Source: Ginglymostoma cirratum
Taxonomy: Eukaryota
Direction: 5' to 3'
Assembly (NCBI GenBank): GCA_024137785.1
Contig: JAHRHZ010000016.1
Location: forward strand, 36,043,543-36,107,542
DNA: 64,000 bases
The notes beneath the pieces were generated by a model. The model saw only the letters and a list, made by a program, of their open reading frames with translations. It was not told where the DNA came from and did not search any database. A program made the position numbers and the translations under genes. This document shows, in pieces, positions 1-11,849 of this stretch. How positions within the stretch are numbered: the stretch's first letter is position 1; each line of letters starts with the position of its first letter.

Positions 1-1594
1 AAATATCAACGATTACAGGGAACATGTATTAGAGCTAAACCATTTTAAGTTGTATTATGTTGAGAACCCATCATATCCCAGCTGTCTTATCTATCAGTGC
101 AACATCATATACATGAAGTGCACGGTAATAATAGACACAGAAATCTGTTGTAAGACAGTACTTAAACCAGATCCCAATTAAGCCAATGCAGGCTTCTTTC
201 TCTATTATACAAAGTCCATTATTTTAAAAAAAACTCATCTGAATTCAAAATTGGATTGTTCTTTGTTTTCCTTGGTTAGAATAAAGTTTGAATAATTACA
301 TTCTCAAGTCAGTTATTACGTGAATGAACTTCAGTTTCTCCAAAATTTCTGTCCACTGGCTGCATTAAAATCTAAATAAAGTACAAAATTCGTGCTTAGA
401 CATAACCCAGATTATTTCAGGAATACAAGAAAATATTGTAAATGTTTCTATTGTAGTGAAGTGTAATCTCTCCAATATTTCATTTTAGATCAGCATATTA
501 GTAAACTAAATGATTTAAGTGCTACATTACCACCTTCAAGCAAAACACTGCTGGATTACTTTCATTCAAATAAAGTGACTTTATAGTACAAATAGGTTTC
601 GTGCAAAGATAAGTCTGGCATATCACAAAACAGTTCCCACAATTTAAATTTTAAAACTCATTTACTATTTTCTGCACTCATCTGCAAGTTTCATATTTGT
701 TTCAAGTTCTTGACTTGCCATGCATTTTTTCTGCAATGTTCCTTGGTGATTATTTTTCCTAAAGATGGGAGCACAACATAACTGAACCCATTTTTGAAAA
801 ACTCAGTGTCGACATGAAAACTATCAATATTGTTAAGATTTTTATACAATAAATATAAATATTCAGTATTTGAACACCTTAAATCGTTTGATGAAAATCA
901 AATGCACCAGAGGAATACTGATCAACTGAAAAATTCTTTAATGAATTTCCAGAAATTTGCACTTAGGCTGACCATGCTAATTTATTAGTAATATCTATGT
1001 TATTAGTTGGTTCAATTTTCTCCAACTTTATTAAGCCAATCAGACTGCTAATAATGTGTTTCTGTCTAATGAAAGCACCCTTTTATTGAACCAGTAAAGC
1101 ATTTTCATTTCTCTCATTCTCTGTCCTTGGGCCTTTTTTGATTGAAATGCCAAGTTGATTTACTTTTTTCACCCTTGAAAATACGATGAAACTACCCAAA
1201 CATATTTCATATTGAATTAATCAACGCTTTGATAAATTATATCATTGTCTCATTTGCCTATGCTGAATTTTGTCTTTTGTTCCCAGTGTGACAGGACTAT
1301 ACGCCAACATATTTCAGCTTGCTACCAATATTGCATTCTTATGGATGAAAATCCACTAGATAGGCAAATTAAAGTGATATTTAAGTTTAACCACTATTAA
1401 TTTTTTCATATTAATATGTAAATTATTTGCTCCATGATAGCATGGAATGATATTCTTGATTAGAGTGCTGGTAGAATTTTATATAGAACTATGACAGCAA
1501 TAGGTTTAAAATGATCTCACTTCTTACCTGCACATTTTGTCAAAGGAAAATATTATTGATTTTATATGAATATCAAAATTGTACACCTTAGAAG

Positions 1595-1613
1595 GAACTT
1601 TTTCCTTTTCTAG
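1595..1613 (+). promoter_or_regulatory. Probable splice acceptor of the coding exon
   Basis: Polypyrimidine tract aactttttccttttctag upstream of the C11orf87-like ORF. Confidence 0.5.
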
Positions 1614-1975
1614 GCTTTCTCCTCAAGCAGCAGATTTGGAATTCAGCATTTTTCCAAACAAAAACCTCAAAAACTATGTGTGGATCGGACTGCAGGACTA
1701 CCTAAGACCGGCTCAAAATAACTGAAGAAACCTCTACTGCTGACAAAGCTGGCTTGTAACAGTGGAAGGCCTCTCATGTTGACTATATCATCCATCACAA
1801 ACTCTTCCTAATCTCCAATTTATCTATCTTAGTTCATTAATATTAACAATAGCTTGACACTTCATTGATGGAGATAAATTGTTGAACCAATTCATTTGCA
1901 GAGGTTAATCCTAAACTCACATTCATGCTTTATGAAGAATCCATGCATGAGGGAATTTGAGCCTTTGTATTCAAA

Positions 1976-2266
1976 ATGAATTCCAAATTTCATAAAATTT
2001 CAATGCCTATGCTGTTGCCAAGCAACCAAAATGAAAACATATCAAAATTTAACTCAACTAGTGATGGGGACCCAAAGCGTCTGGAGGAAAGTATCTCTTC
2101 TTTTGTGGCACTGGTTATCCTGCTGGCTTTAATATTCACCTTGCTATCTATGTCTCTTGCAACCTTTCATTTCCATAAATGGAAACTGAAAAGCAAAAAA
2201 GTACTGAGAGCCGAGGAAGAATACGAAAGGGACCAAGGGAATTCCAAACTTCGTGACTCAACTTGA
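1976..2266 (+). CDS. C11orf87-like small single-pass membrane protein (96 aa)
   Basis: LEESISSFVALVILLALIFTLLSMSLATFHFHKWKLKSKKVLRAEEEYERD matches, from memory, the conserved core of vertebrate C11orf87 (…[46 protein letters not shown]). N-terminal NIS/NST sequons, one TM helix, basic cytosolic patch. Orthology versus paralogy not resolved. Confidence 0.85.
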   Translation: MNSKFHKISMPMLLPSNQNENISKFNSTSDGDPKRLEESISSFVALVILLALIFTLLSMSLATFHFHKWKLKSKKVLRAEEEYERDQGNSKLRDST

Positions 2267-3210
2267 ATAGCCCTAAAGTTCTGTGATTGGAAATCCTGGA
2301 AGCATCTTTCAGCACCAGGGATATCTGAAAACAGACTTGTCTGTTTACATGAACATATTTCTGATTCTAAACTCTTTTGAAAGCAAACCATTTAGTCTTA
2401 AGCTTGCCTGCATAGACATAGTATGAGTAACATATTTTTACAAAAGGAGGAAAGAAAACTGCAATTATCATATACATAAGTACTGACAGCTGGTAAGATG
2501 ATAAAATATTTATTGCATTTACATTGTTTTGTTGTGCTTAAGCTGTAACGTATGCATGAATGTAAATTTATATTCATTATTTGCTTGATTCTATACTGGA
2601 CTGGAGACTTGTAATGTTCATAGAGTAGATTAAGTTATGCCAGAATTATTATCAGACTAACGTAGGTAATTTCTATTTTCATGATTCAAATATTTTCAAG
2701 CACATTTGAGAAAGGATTACTTAGTACCTATGACATCTTCACAAAGATCCTTATTTTGTTTGCTAGGCAATTTGCAGTCAATCCTTCTTATGCTTTATCA
2801 AAAATTATTTTCAATGAGAAAAGCTACAATATAAAAGTACTCCATAAATTTGTTTTGCTCTGTTGCATTATTTTTCTTATGACCGCATGGGAGATGAAGG
2901 AATATAAAATGAACATGTATAAGAAGATATGTATACATATATACAACAGTACTTTTGCACACAATATTGTTTATAATGAAATATTACTGAATTGCTGTTT
3001 CCTCAATTATCTTAATAGTACTCAATATTATAATTTTAAAGAATATATGCTTCTTGCCAATGCAAAATATTAGATGATATCTAATTTGATGCAAGGCATA
3101 ATGTTCTTGTGTGAATACTTTATTGAAAGCTTAAGCAATAAGGTTAAATGATAATTTAAATGGTGAAGTACAATGGTTTCTAATGCCCAGGTTTCATTGG
3201 AATCTTATAT

Positions 3211-3216
3211 AATAAA
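3211..3216 (+). terminator. Candidate polyadenylation signal of the C11orf87-like gene
   Basis: AATAAA about 950 bp after the stop in an AT-rich putative 3' UTR, with a U/GU-rich tract downstream. Confidence 0.3.
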
Positions 3217-3879
3217 AATATGAAATGGAAAATATGATTGTACTTAACCTGAAAAAAAATTAAATTGATCTTAATTTGTTCTCTGTGATTTCTTGTCAGG
3301 TGATGGTAAGTGTTTTAATTCCAGTATTTTTAAAACATTATGTTCAATATATATCTTTCTGGAACAACTACATAGAAAATAGCGCACAGATGTGGTATAC
3401 TATTTAACCTAAGTGTATTATATTTAAAATAAAATTATTGCAGTTTTTAACTTTTAGTTTCTGCTTTTGCTATTTGTACGTTATACTTCTTGTGGTACAA
3501 AAAGCTAGAAAATGGTATTGCATTGCATTTTTCCCAAATTGAAAACAAAACCAGAAAATCAGAGGAATACACAGAACCTTTACAAAAAAGGACACCTTGG
3601 AGTCACAGTCATGTGCAGTACGAATAGCCAAGACTGCAGGAATCCTTAAAAGGACTGCGGAAAACCCTACTAAGAGCATGAGTTTAAGAGTGCTGACCTA
3701 AATGTGGAAATGCACAAGACTATAAACAGCTCCTGCTGTGTCCACTGTAGACTGGATGCCTCTTGCTTCCCATCCCTTGTACAATCACTTTCCCATTCCA
3801 CCAATTCCTCCCTCAATCACTGGCATTCTCCCAGAATCCACCTATCACCGTTGCCAGCAATTGAATAACTTGGTGTTTA

Positions 3880-3992
3880 GAGCTTATTTGGTTCAGTGAT
3901 AGTGTCCCTACCTCGCAACTAAGAGGACCAGGTTCCCACTTGCTCTGCAGGTGTTTCATAACATCTCTGAACAGATTGATCAGAAATATCTA
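3880..3992 (+). mobile_element. Short tRNA-derived SINE
   Basis: A-box-like tggttcagtgatag, B-box-like ggttccc; related to the reverse-strand copy at 21650-21750. Confidence 0.55.
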
Positions 3993-4734
3993 TAAGTTAG
4001 GGTTTCCCAAATTTTTTCCCACTTCCATCCCAATTTCAGGTGCAATAATTGTCATGATGTCTCAGTGAATACTGAGAGGTGGTGGGTGTTGCTGTGAAAG
4101 CAGGGGCCTGCAGAATGGGAGCACAGCTGTTATAATTCGCTGGGGCTGCACAGTGGCCGCTAATACCTCAGAGCTTGCAATAACAAACTTTCAGCTTGTG
4201 ACCACACTGCACTCGATTCCCAATTGGGATGTTCTGATTTAAGTATAATGAAATTATATTCACCCATTATTTTAATGTGGCAATTATATTTTTATTTTAG
4301 CTCTTTCCGCATGAGAAAGCCCGTTGCTTATTGGAACCCTTGAGCTTGTACATTAGTTGTAGTTCTAACATTCTAATATGAAACAATGTAAATTTCCACT
4401 TTCATGTGCATAAAGTAATTTGTTCTTTTTGCAACCAATAGAGAGTATAATCCTCTTTTATTTGGTCAGACTTGTTTTAACATATCCGAGAAAACTGCTA
4501 AATCTCTTCTGCATTGTTTTAATACAATATCTACTGACTTTAAACAGAAGAACTGCTGCAATGTTCTATATATAGAATGATAGAACTTACAGCACAGGAG
4601 GAGGCCAATGGCCCACAATACGTGCGTAGTTGTTAGCTATTTCACTGAAAAAAACTAATTCAATTTTCCTGTTCTTTTATTATATCCTCGTGTGCAATAA
4701 GATACAAGATACATATGTAATATAAGATATATAT

Positions 4735-6175
4735 AGCCCTGGGGAGTTGGGATTTCTACAGGCTGGAAGGTCGACAACTAAACTGAGCCTGAAGGGCTGA
4801 TTTACTTGTGAAGTTATTTTCAAATGCTGTTGTGTAAGGTGTAATTAATTATATAGGGTGTGGAAAGATGGCAATATCTGAAAATACCAAAGTGCATACA
4901 AAGAGTAAGTTATTAGGTAGGTTCAGAATAAGGGAGAAAGAAATAAAGTCTTAGTTAGAGTTATAGCACATGTACGAATGTAAATACACAAAGTATGAGG
5001 AATAAGTTTGGTGAGGTATGGGCACTGATTGCCATGTGGAATTATGGTGTTGTGGCTCTAACAGATTCTGCTCAAAGAAGGGCAGGACTCAATCCCAAAT
5101 ATTCCTCGATGTAGGATAGTCAAGAAAGGCAGGAATGGAAGAAAAGCAGGAAGGGTGGCTGTATTTATTAAGGAGGGCAAAGTACTGGAAAGTGCTCTAT
5201 CCCAGAGGGGTCAAAGCCAAATTCAATTTAGCTAAAATTAAAAGAGTTAAGACACAATTACATCACTCAATGTAGTTTGTAGGTCACTAATACAGGAAAG
5301 ATGTAGAGAAACAAATTTGAAGGAAATTGCAGAAAGTTGAGAGATTTATGTGTATTTATAATGAAGGCCTTCATTATCCAGTTATGGATTGGGCTGGTAG
5401 CATTAGTGTGAAAGGAAGAGGGCAAGCATTCTTAGAGCAGGTACACGAAAAATTATACAGCAGAATATATCCAGTCTAATGAGAAAGGAGGCATTGCTGG
5501 ATCTGGTTTTTTGGATGGCCAAAAGTTGGCCCAAGTCAATGAAGGTTAGAGGAGGAGAAAGCTTACTTTAGCTATGGAAAAAGATAAGGAACAATTTGCA
5601 TTAAAAGATAATTAACTGAAGAAAAGACAACTTCAATAGGGTAAGAATGGATCTAAACCCGATAAATTGGAATTAAAGATTGGAAGGCAAAATGGTAACT
5701 AAACAATAGGCTGCCTTTAAAGAAGAAATAATTCAGGTATAGTTAAGGCATATTTCCATTGAGGTGGACCAAAAAATTGCAGAACTCCCTGGATGATGAA
5801 AGAGATAAAGAGTAAGACAAAGAATAAAGGTGTTAATATCACAGACGACAGGTAGATAATACAATACAATACAAGAACCATGTGAATACAGAAGGTTCAG
5901 ACAGATGTAGAAAAGCAAATAAAAGAAGCAAAAAGGAGTATGAAAATAGACGGTCAGCTAAATTAAAAGGGAAACAAAGTTTTCAATAGGCGATAAAAGG
6001 TAAAAGAATGGTGAACGGAGGGGTGGGCCAATTTAGGAACAGAAAGGGAATTTAAATATGAGGCAAGGGACAGAGCTGAGCATCAGATCAATAGCTTGAA
6101 TCTGGCTTTACCAAGGAAGCAGATGCTGTCCAGGACATGGTAAAAGAGGTAATCCAGACACTTGAAATGGAAAAA
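4735..6175 (+). mobile_element. Degraded CR1 LINE fragment (ORF1 end + APE endonuclease)
   Basis: Decayed N..SMRNK, gggtggctgtatttattaag, ctggatctggttttt (LDLV) motifs; many stops. Confidence 0.7.
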
Positions 6176-6196
6176 TATATAATATTTCTTAAATAA

Positions 6197-6416
6197 ATGA
6201 AGGCTAGTATCCTGTCACCAAGTCACCCTTTGTTTACATGTGCATAGTACCTGACACTGATCCAGTTAGCTCAGACTGGATCCTAGACTAAACAGAACCC
6301 CTGAGACTCCTGTTTATATCTGTTAGCCAGGTCTCCTTGATTGGGGCTGTTAATCTGGGCCAATCAGGGAACATACACCTATGATGTCTACCTGGCTGAC
6401 CTTGTTCTAATCACTA
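6197..6416 (-). mobile_element. Solo LTR
   Basis: Homologous to 45412-45618; LTR-like size and termini. Confidence 0.55.
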
Positions 6417-7731
6417 TGACTTCCTAACAGATTCAAGGTCAGAAAAGGACCATACAGAGCACAAGATTGGACTTCACAGATGTGACAGTTTTGAGACACT
6501 GTATTGCCTCAAAAGTAAACACTAAGACAGAAGCTGTGAAAGTGAATACACTCGTTTATTCATTGGATGCAAATTCAGAGGAAGTTATTAACAGACATAG
6601 TATCAAAAAGACTACACACACTTCTGAAGATGTCTTAAAAGCTTTTGATAATTATTTGAATTTAAGAACAAATAAAAGCCTTGACTGAGCAAGATTTAAC
6701 AGAATAGTTCGGCTTCCAGGGGAATCAGTAGACAATTTAATTAATGACCTCAACAGATTAGTGGAAAACTGTGAATATGGAGCTTTGAAATGAGAAATCA
6801 TAGGAGACAGAATTGTTGTTGAAATCCTTGATCAAAATTTGACATATATCTTCCAGTCCAAGGAGGATTTAATTTTTGAGAAAGCAATTCATTTCATGCT
6901 AGAAGCAGAAACCACAAGGACTCATTGATGGATCCTGAAAGGAGAAAACCAACACTACCTCAAGAGAGCAACAGACTCTATTAACTTTATATGTTTTGGG
7001 CACTATAAAGGGGCACGTGACAAGCCTACACAGGGAATGAAATATATGCTCCAAGAAAACAACAATGTCATTGTTACAACAAGGGCTCACAGGCACAGAC
7101 AATGTCCAGCCATCCCGAAAAGATGCTACATGTACACAACTCCAGGCCACTTACAGAAGATGCGGAGAGACCATAGTTTCAGATTGATGGAGGTATTGCT
7201 GGCCACATACACAAAGATGTCTAGAGAGTAGGACACCCAGCACCATTAGAAAAGGTACCTGCATTTGATGATGTGCCTCCAGAAGCCCAAAGAGACACCC
7301 TGCTGTTTTGTGCTTGTTACAGGATTGTGTGCAACTATCCTATCAGATCAGTTTCTATGACTGAAGAAGCAGAAGTTACAGCCTATAGAAATAAGATTGT
7401 ATGCTACAAGTGTAAAAATAATCCGAAGCATTGGAATGCTGTAAGTTACTCTGCAGTGCAATACAGCTGAAAATGTAGACTCGTTCTCAATCAAGTAATT
7501 TCACCTCTGAACTTGCATGCATGTCTACACCTCAATTTCATCAGAAGAGTTGGAGGAGATGGACAACATCCCAGAGAACAATTGATGCAGAACCAAACAG
7601 CTGTTCAAATTCTCGTCTACGAACAAACCATTTTTGACAAACAAGTAAAGGAGAATGCAGGAGAAGATTCAACTGAGATTCCAGGACCCTTGGTGGAACC
7701 CAAATAGAAGAAATATCATGGGAGATCATTA

Positions 7732-7900
7732 TTTTTTAATTCATTCAGGGATGTGGGCACTGCCAGCTAGGCCAATGTTTTTTGACCATTGCTAATTGCT
7801 CTGGACAAGAAGGTGGGGAACTGTTGCAGTTCTTGGGGTGTAGAGACACCCATAGAGCTACTAGGAAGGCGAATTTGACCTAGCATCATCAAAGGAACAC
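7732..7900 (-). mobile_element. L2-type LINE 3' end
   Basis: ttcattcagggatgtgggc…ctaattgc tail shared with other L2/SINE tails in the window. Confidence 0.6.
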
Positions 7901-7904
7901 AGGA

Positions 7905-8545
7905 ACATAATAAATATGAACAAGAGTAGGCCATTTGGCCCCTTTGACCATTGGCAGACCTGGCCCAAGACTCAATTCCTCTTTCATGCCAGATCTCCAC
8001 GGCTCTCCTATCCCTGATAGTTCAAAAATCTACCTTGTTTTTAAATACTTTCAGTGTTCTAGCCTCCATAATTCTCTGGGTAGAGAATTATAGACAACAA
8101 TTTTAGAGAAGAAATTCCACTGCATCTCATTTCAAAATACTTTGAGCATCCTCTGCTATGGAAACATCTACCCCATTCAGACCCCTCCAACATCATGCAT
8201 GTTTCATCCCTCATTGTTCTAAACGCTAATGAATAAAATCCCTAACCAGTTTAGCTGTTTGGGATAAGTCAATCCCTTCGACTCAGGAATCAGCTTACTT
8301 AATCTGTTTTGAACTGCCTTCATTGCCAGTGTATACTTTATTAAACATGGGGACCAAAACTGTACACAGTACTCAAGGTGCAGCCTCTAATGCAGCCTTA
8401 TTTTTAAACTTCAACCACTTAATGATAGAGGCCAACATTCTATTTGCTTTACATAATTACTTGCTGCATCTGTGTGCTAACTTATAGTGTTTCATGTACA
8501 AGAACATGCTGATCTCTCTATGCTGCACTTTCTGGGGGCTCTCTT
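7905..8545 (-). mobile_element. CR1 LINE 3' fragment
   Basis: gagtaggccatttggccc tail; gaccaaaactgtacacagtactc (EYCVQFW on the minus strand). Confidence 0.75.
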
Positions 8546-9829
8546 AAAAGAAAAATACAGTTCCAAGTCAGGATGACATGTGACTTGCAGGAAACTTTCA
8601 GGCGAAGGTGTTCCCATGCATCGGCTACCCCCAACCTTTTAGGGGTAGAGCTCATTGGTTTGGCATAAAAGAGTTGTTTATTACTGGCAACATACAGACG
8701 TTACAGGACATGTGGAAATGTTCAATCCACTGTCTCCTTAAATGGAACTGTCAATACCAGTGAGAGGGATTATGCTGAGGGAATAACAATTTTTCAGTAA
8801 CATAAGTGAGAGTCTGAAAAAGTCTAACTCACCAAATACCTACAATAAGCAGCAGAATACTCATATCCTGCCTGAGGAACAACTCATGGGAGATAAGTTG
8901 CATTTGGCTTCAAGCAAGCCAGACTAATGTTCATGGATCCTATACGTGGCCAAGGAGAAGAAACTGCATGGTCTTAGTATCCAGGAGACTGCCTCTTAAA
9001 ATTAGAAAGTGATCGCCTGATCCAGAAATCCAGAAAATTACAAGGAAGAAAATACTTGTTTCAAGGAAGAAAATACTTATTTCAACAGAGCAGCTGTCTT
9101 CCAGGGAGAAAATTCAGTAAATCAAGGGTGCCCCTGATAGGAGAATGGGTCAGCAATAATGTCTATTAGGAGTGACATTCTCTAGCTGAAAGATAAAAGA
9201 TCCACCAGCAGATAAATGATCCACAGTTCAGAACCAAGGTCAACAGTCCTCAAGTGAAAAACCTACCAGGTTTGGATGTTTGAAGAGAGTACATTCTGAA
9301 AGAATTGTCTGGAAAATCCAGATCTCCTGCAGTTGCGAGGTCAGAGATTTTGGAAGAGATGTAACAGCACTAAATTCAATATTTTTATGTGCATGTCTGT
9401 ATAATGGGTTAATATTATGGGGAAGAGTCTTGGTGGAGGTGTTGTATCAGAAATGCTTCTGAAGGGTTTCATCTTCATATTATATTGGCCCATCCAAACT
9501 TCTGATGTCAGACAGGGTTTACGAAGAGAGAGAAGGAATTCTACTTTAGCTTTCAGAGGGGGGCTAATGTACCTTTCCTAGCTCCCTAAAATCCTAATAA
9601 TTATGCCTGACCAACGTGGTTGTACTTACTGCTATCATGCAATAAATCTTGTTGCTGTCGAACAATAGTGCCTCTTCAGTATATGCTCCACCACTGATCA
9701 CTAGATATCTCCAAGACAAAGCAAGGACAAAAGAGATTTGGTGGCAGTGAACCATCACATCTTGATAGTGGTGTCAAATACTGCAAGATACCAGAACTGG
9801 TCAAGTAGGAAAGTACAACAAAGAGAAGA

Positions 9830-10205
9830 TTGAAGGGAAGTTTTCTAGGGCTATTCAAAATCATGAAGGATCTGGACAGTGTAAACAAGAACAAAGTGTT
9901 TCATTAATGGGCAGATCAAGAACAAGAAAATATTGGCCTAAGGTGATTAACTAAAGAAGGAATGGCAACATGGGGAGAAATGTTTTCACATAGCCAGTGG
10001 TCAGAATCTGGAATACACTGCATAAAAGCAGATTCAATTGAGGTGTTCAAGAGGGAACTTAATCATTGCCTGAAATGAAGAATCTGTAGGGTTACAGGGT
10101 GAAGGCAGGGGATTTGCACCAGGTGGATTGTACATTTAGTGAGTTAATGCTAAAACAATGGGCAGAATGGCCTTATCTGTGCTGTAACATTTCTGTAGTT
10201 ATGTG
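9830..10205 (+). mobile_element. CR1 LINE 3' fragment
   Basis: C-terminal RT remnants plus atgggcagaatggcct…gtgctgtaa tail. Confidence 0.7.
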
Positions 10206-10495
10206 ATTAATAAAATAGAAAGCTGGCATCCTCTGTTTACCTGTTAAATGAGGAAATAATTTTAGAAAGTACAAACTGTGGCAATCCTCACTGTTTTGTC
10301 AATTTTCTCCTTCTTGCTTCCTCTTTGAAGAGGACCTTCTAGGTTTGGTTTCAGAACGCTAAGTGATTTGCCCAAGTGGACATTATTCATCTGAGTCCAG
10401 ACAGAGCATGAGTCAACTATGTCTTGAGGATACATTGTAGATTAACTTCTTATCATACATCTTCATTAAGTCATGCACATTGAACAAGAATAGTA

Positions 10496-11780
10496 ACAAA
10501 AACAGAAATTGCTAGAAAATCTCAGCAGGTCTGGCAGCATCTGTGGAGAGAAATCAGAGTTAACATTTTGGTTCCAGTGACCCTTCTTCAGAACTGATGG
10601 CAGCTAAGAAAAAGTTGTTTTTTACTCTACAGAAGACAGGGTGGGGGAAGGAGGGAAGAAGTAAACGATAGGTGGCGATAGAGCCCAGAGAGAGAGAAGA
10701 ACAGTTGGAGAGAAAAAGGAGTGGATAACGGTTAGTCCAGGAGAATGAACGGCTACTAATAGGGCTATTAGTGGCTAACAATGGGTTGCGTGTAATAGAC
10801 CATGTGATAACAAGACCTGATGTGTGGGGGTTGGGGTAAGGACATAGGAGGAGATGCTTCAGGCCTTAAAATTGTTGAACTTGATACTGAGTCTAGAAGG
10901 CTGTAGAGTTCCCAAGCAGGAAATGAGGTGTCGTTCTTCCACCCTGCGCTGAGCTTCACTGGAGCTCTGTAGGAAGTCTGAGACAGAGATGTTGGCCAGG
11001 GAACAAGGTGGCATGTCGAAGTGACAGGCAACTGGAAACTCAGGGTCTTTTTTGCCAACAGAAAACAGATGTTCTGCGAAGTGGTCATCCTGTCTACACT
11101 TCATTCCCCCAATGTAGAGGTGACCACATTGTAAATCGCGAATGCAGTAGACTACATTGTGTGAAGTGCAAGTAAAGTGCTGCTTCACCTGGAAGGTATG
11201 TTTGGGCCCTGGATACTGAGGAGGGAGGAAGTGAATGGGCAGGTGTGACACCTTCTTTTTCAGGGGAAGGATCTCTGGGGCTGTGGCAGTTGTTGGGAGG
11301 GAAGGAGGAATGGACCAGGGTGTCCTGGAGGAAACAGTCCTTGCGGAAGGCTGACAAGGGAGGGGAGGGATTATGTGCCTGGTGATGGCATCCTGTTGGA
11401 CGTGGCAGAAATAGCAGCTAATGATTCTCTGGATGTGGATCCTGGTGGGATGGCTGATAAGGACAAGGGGGATACCACCGCTATTGTTGGAGGGAAGAGA
11501 GATAGTGAGGGCTGAAGTGCAGGAGATGGTCCAACTCGCCTGAGGGCCCTATCAACTACAATGCTGGGAAATCCTCGGTTGAGGAAGCAGGTAGACATTT
11601 AAGAGGCCCAGAAGCTGGCATCATCAGAACAGATGCGATGGAAACAGATGAACTGGGAGAATAGAATAGAGTCTTTACAGGAAGTAGGGCATTAGCGTGT
11701 ATACTCAAAGTAACTGTGGGAGTCAGTTTTGGCTTGTAGTAGATATTGGTGGTCAGCCTATTCCCAGAAACGGAAACATG
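10496..11780 (-). mobile_element. 5'-truncated Penelope-like retroelement (RT thumb + GIY-YIG endonuclease + hammerhead-bearing 3' end)
   Basis: ORF 10859-11251 NVVYCIR…CGHLYIG…HFAEHL…PVACHF (GIY-YIG); FLNRGFP and NIYYKP.TDSHSY motifs; TSD ttgaacaagaatagta (10480-10495) / ttgaaggagaatagta (11781-11796). Confidence 0.9.
10552..10598 (-). ncRNA. Decayed minimal hammerhead ribozyme at the Penelope 3' end
   Basis: Minus strand: aucaguu-CUGAAGA-A-GGGUC-ACUG-GAACC-AAAAU-GUU-aacucugau; GAAAC has become AAAAU, consistent with CpG decay. Confidence 0.65.
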
Positions 11781-11849
11781 TTGAAGGAGAATAGTATCCT
11801 GGATAACTTCCCTCCCTAACCTTGGGTGCTGAGACCAAGTGAGATACCC

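Larger units (their letters stand above)
6420..9695 (+). mobile_element. Degraded Ty3/Gypsy LTR retrotransposon (gag, integrase remnants, putative 3' LTR 9360-9695), interrupted by LINE pieces
   Basis: RFNRIVRLPGESVDNLINDLNRLVENCEYGALK*EIIGDRIVV gag motif at about 6692-6830; zinc-knuckle remnants (CPA..RCY…GH, CYKC); purine tract ggaagaga then TGTAAC at 9360; AATAAA at about 9641. Confidence 0.7.

Noticed and set aside
2681-3073. 130 aa ORF downstream of the C11orf87-like gene
   Set aside because: AT-rich, no recognisable motif; most likely 3' UTR.
9041-9082. 21 bp tandem duplication caaggaagaaaatactt(g/a)ttt
   Set aside because: Lies in a decayed Gypsy relic; ordinary slippage.
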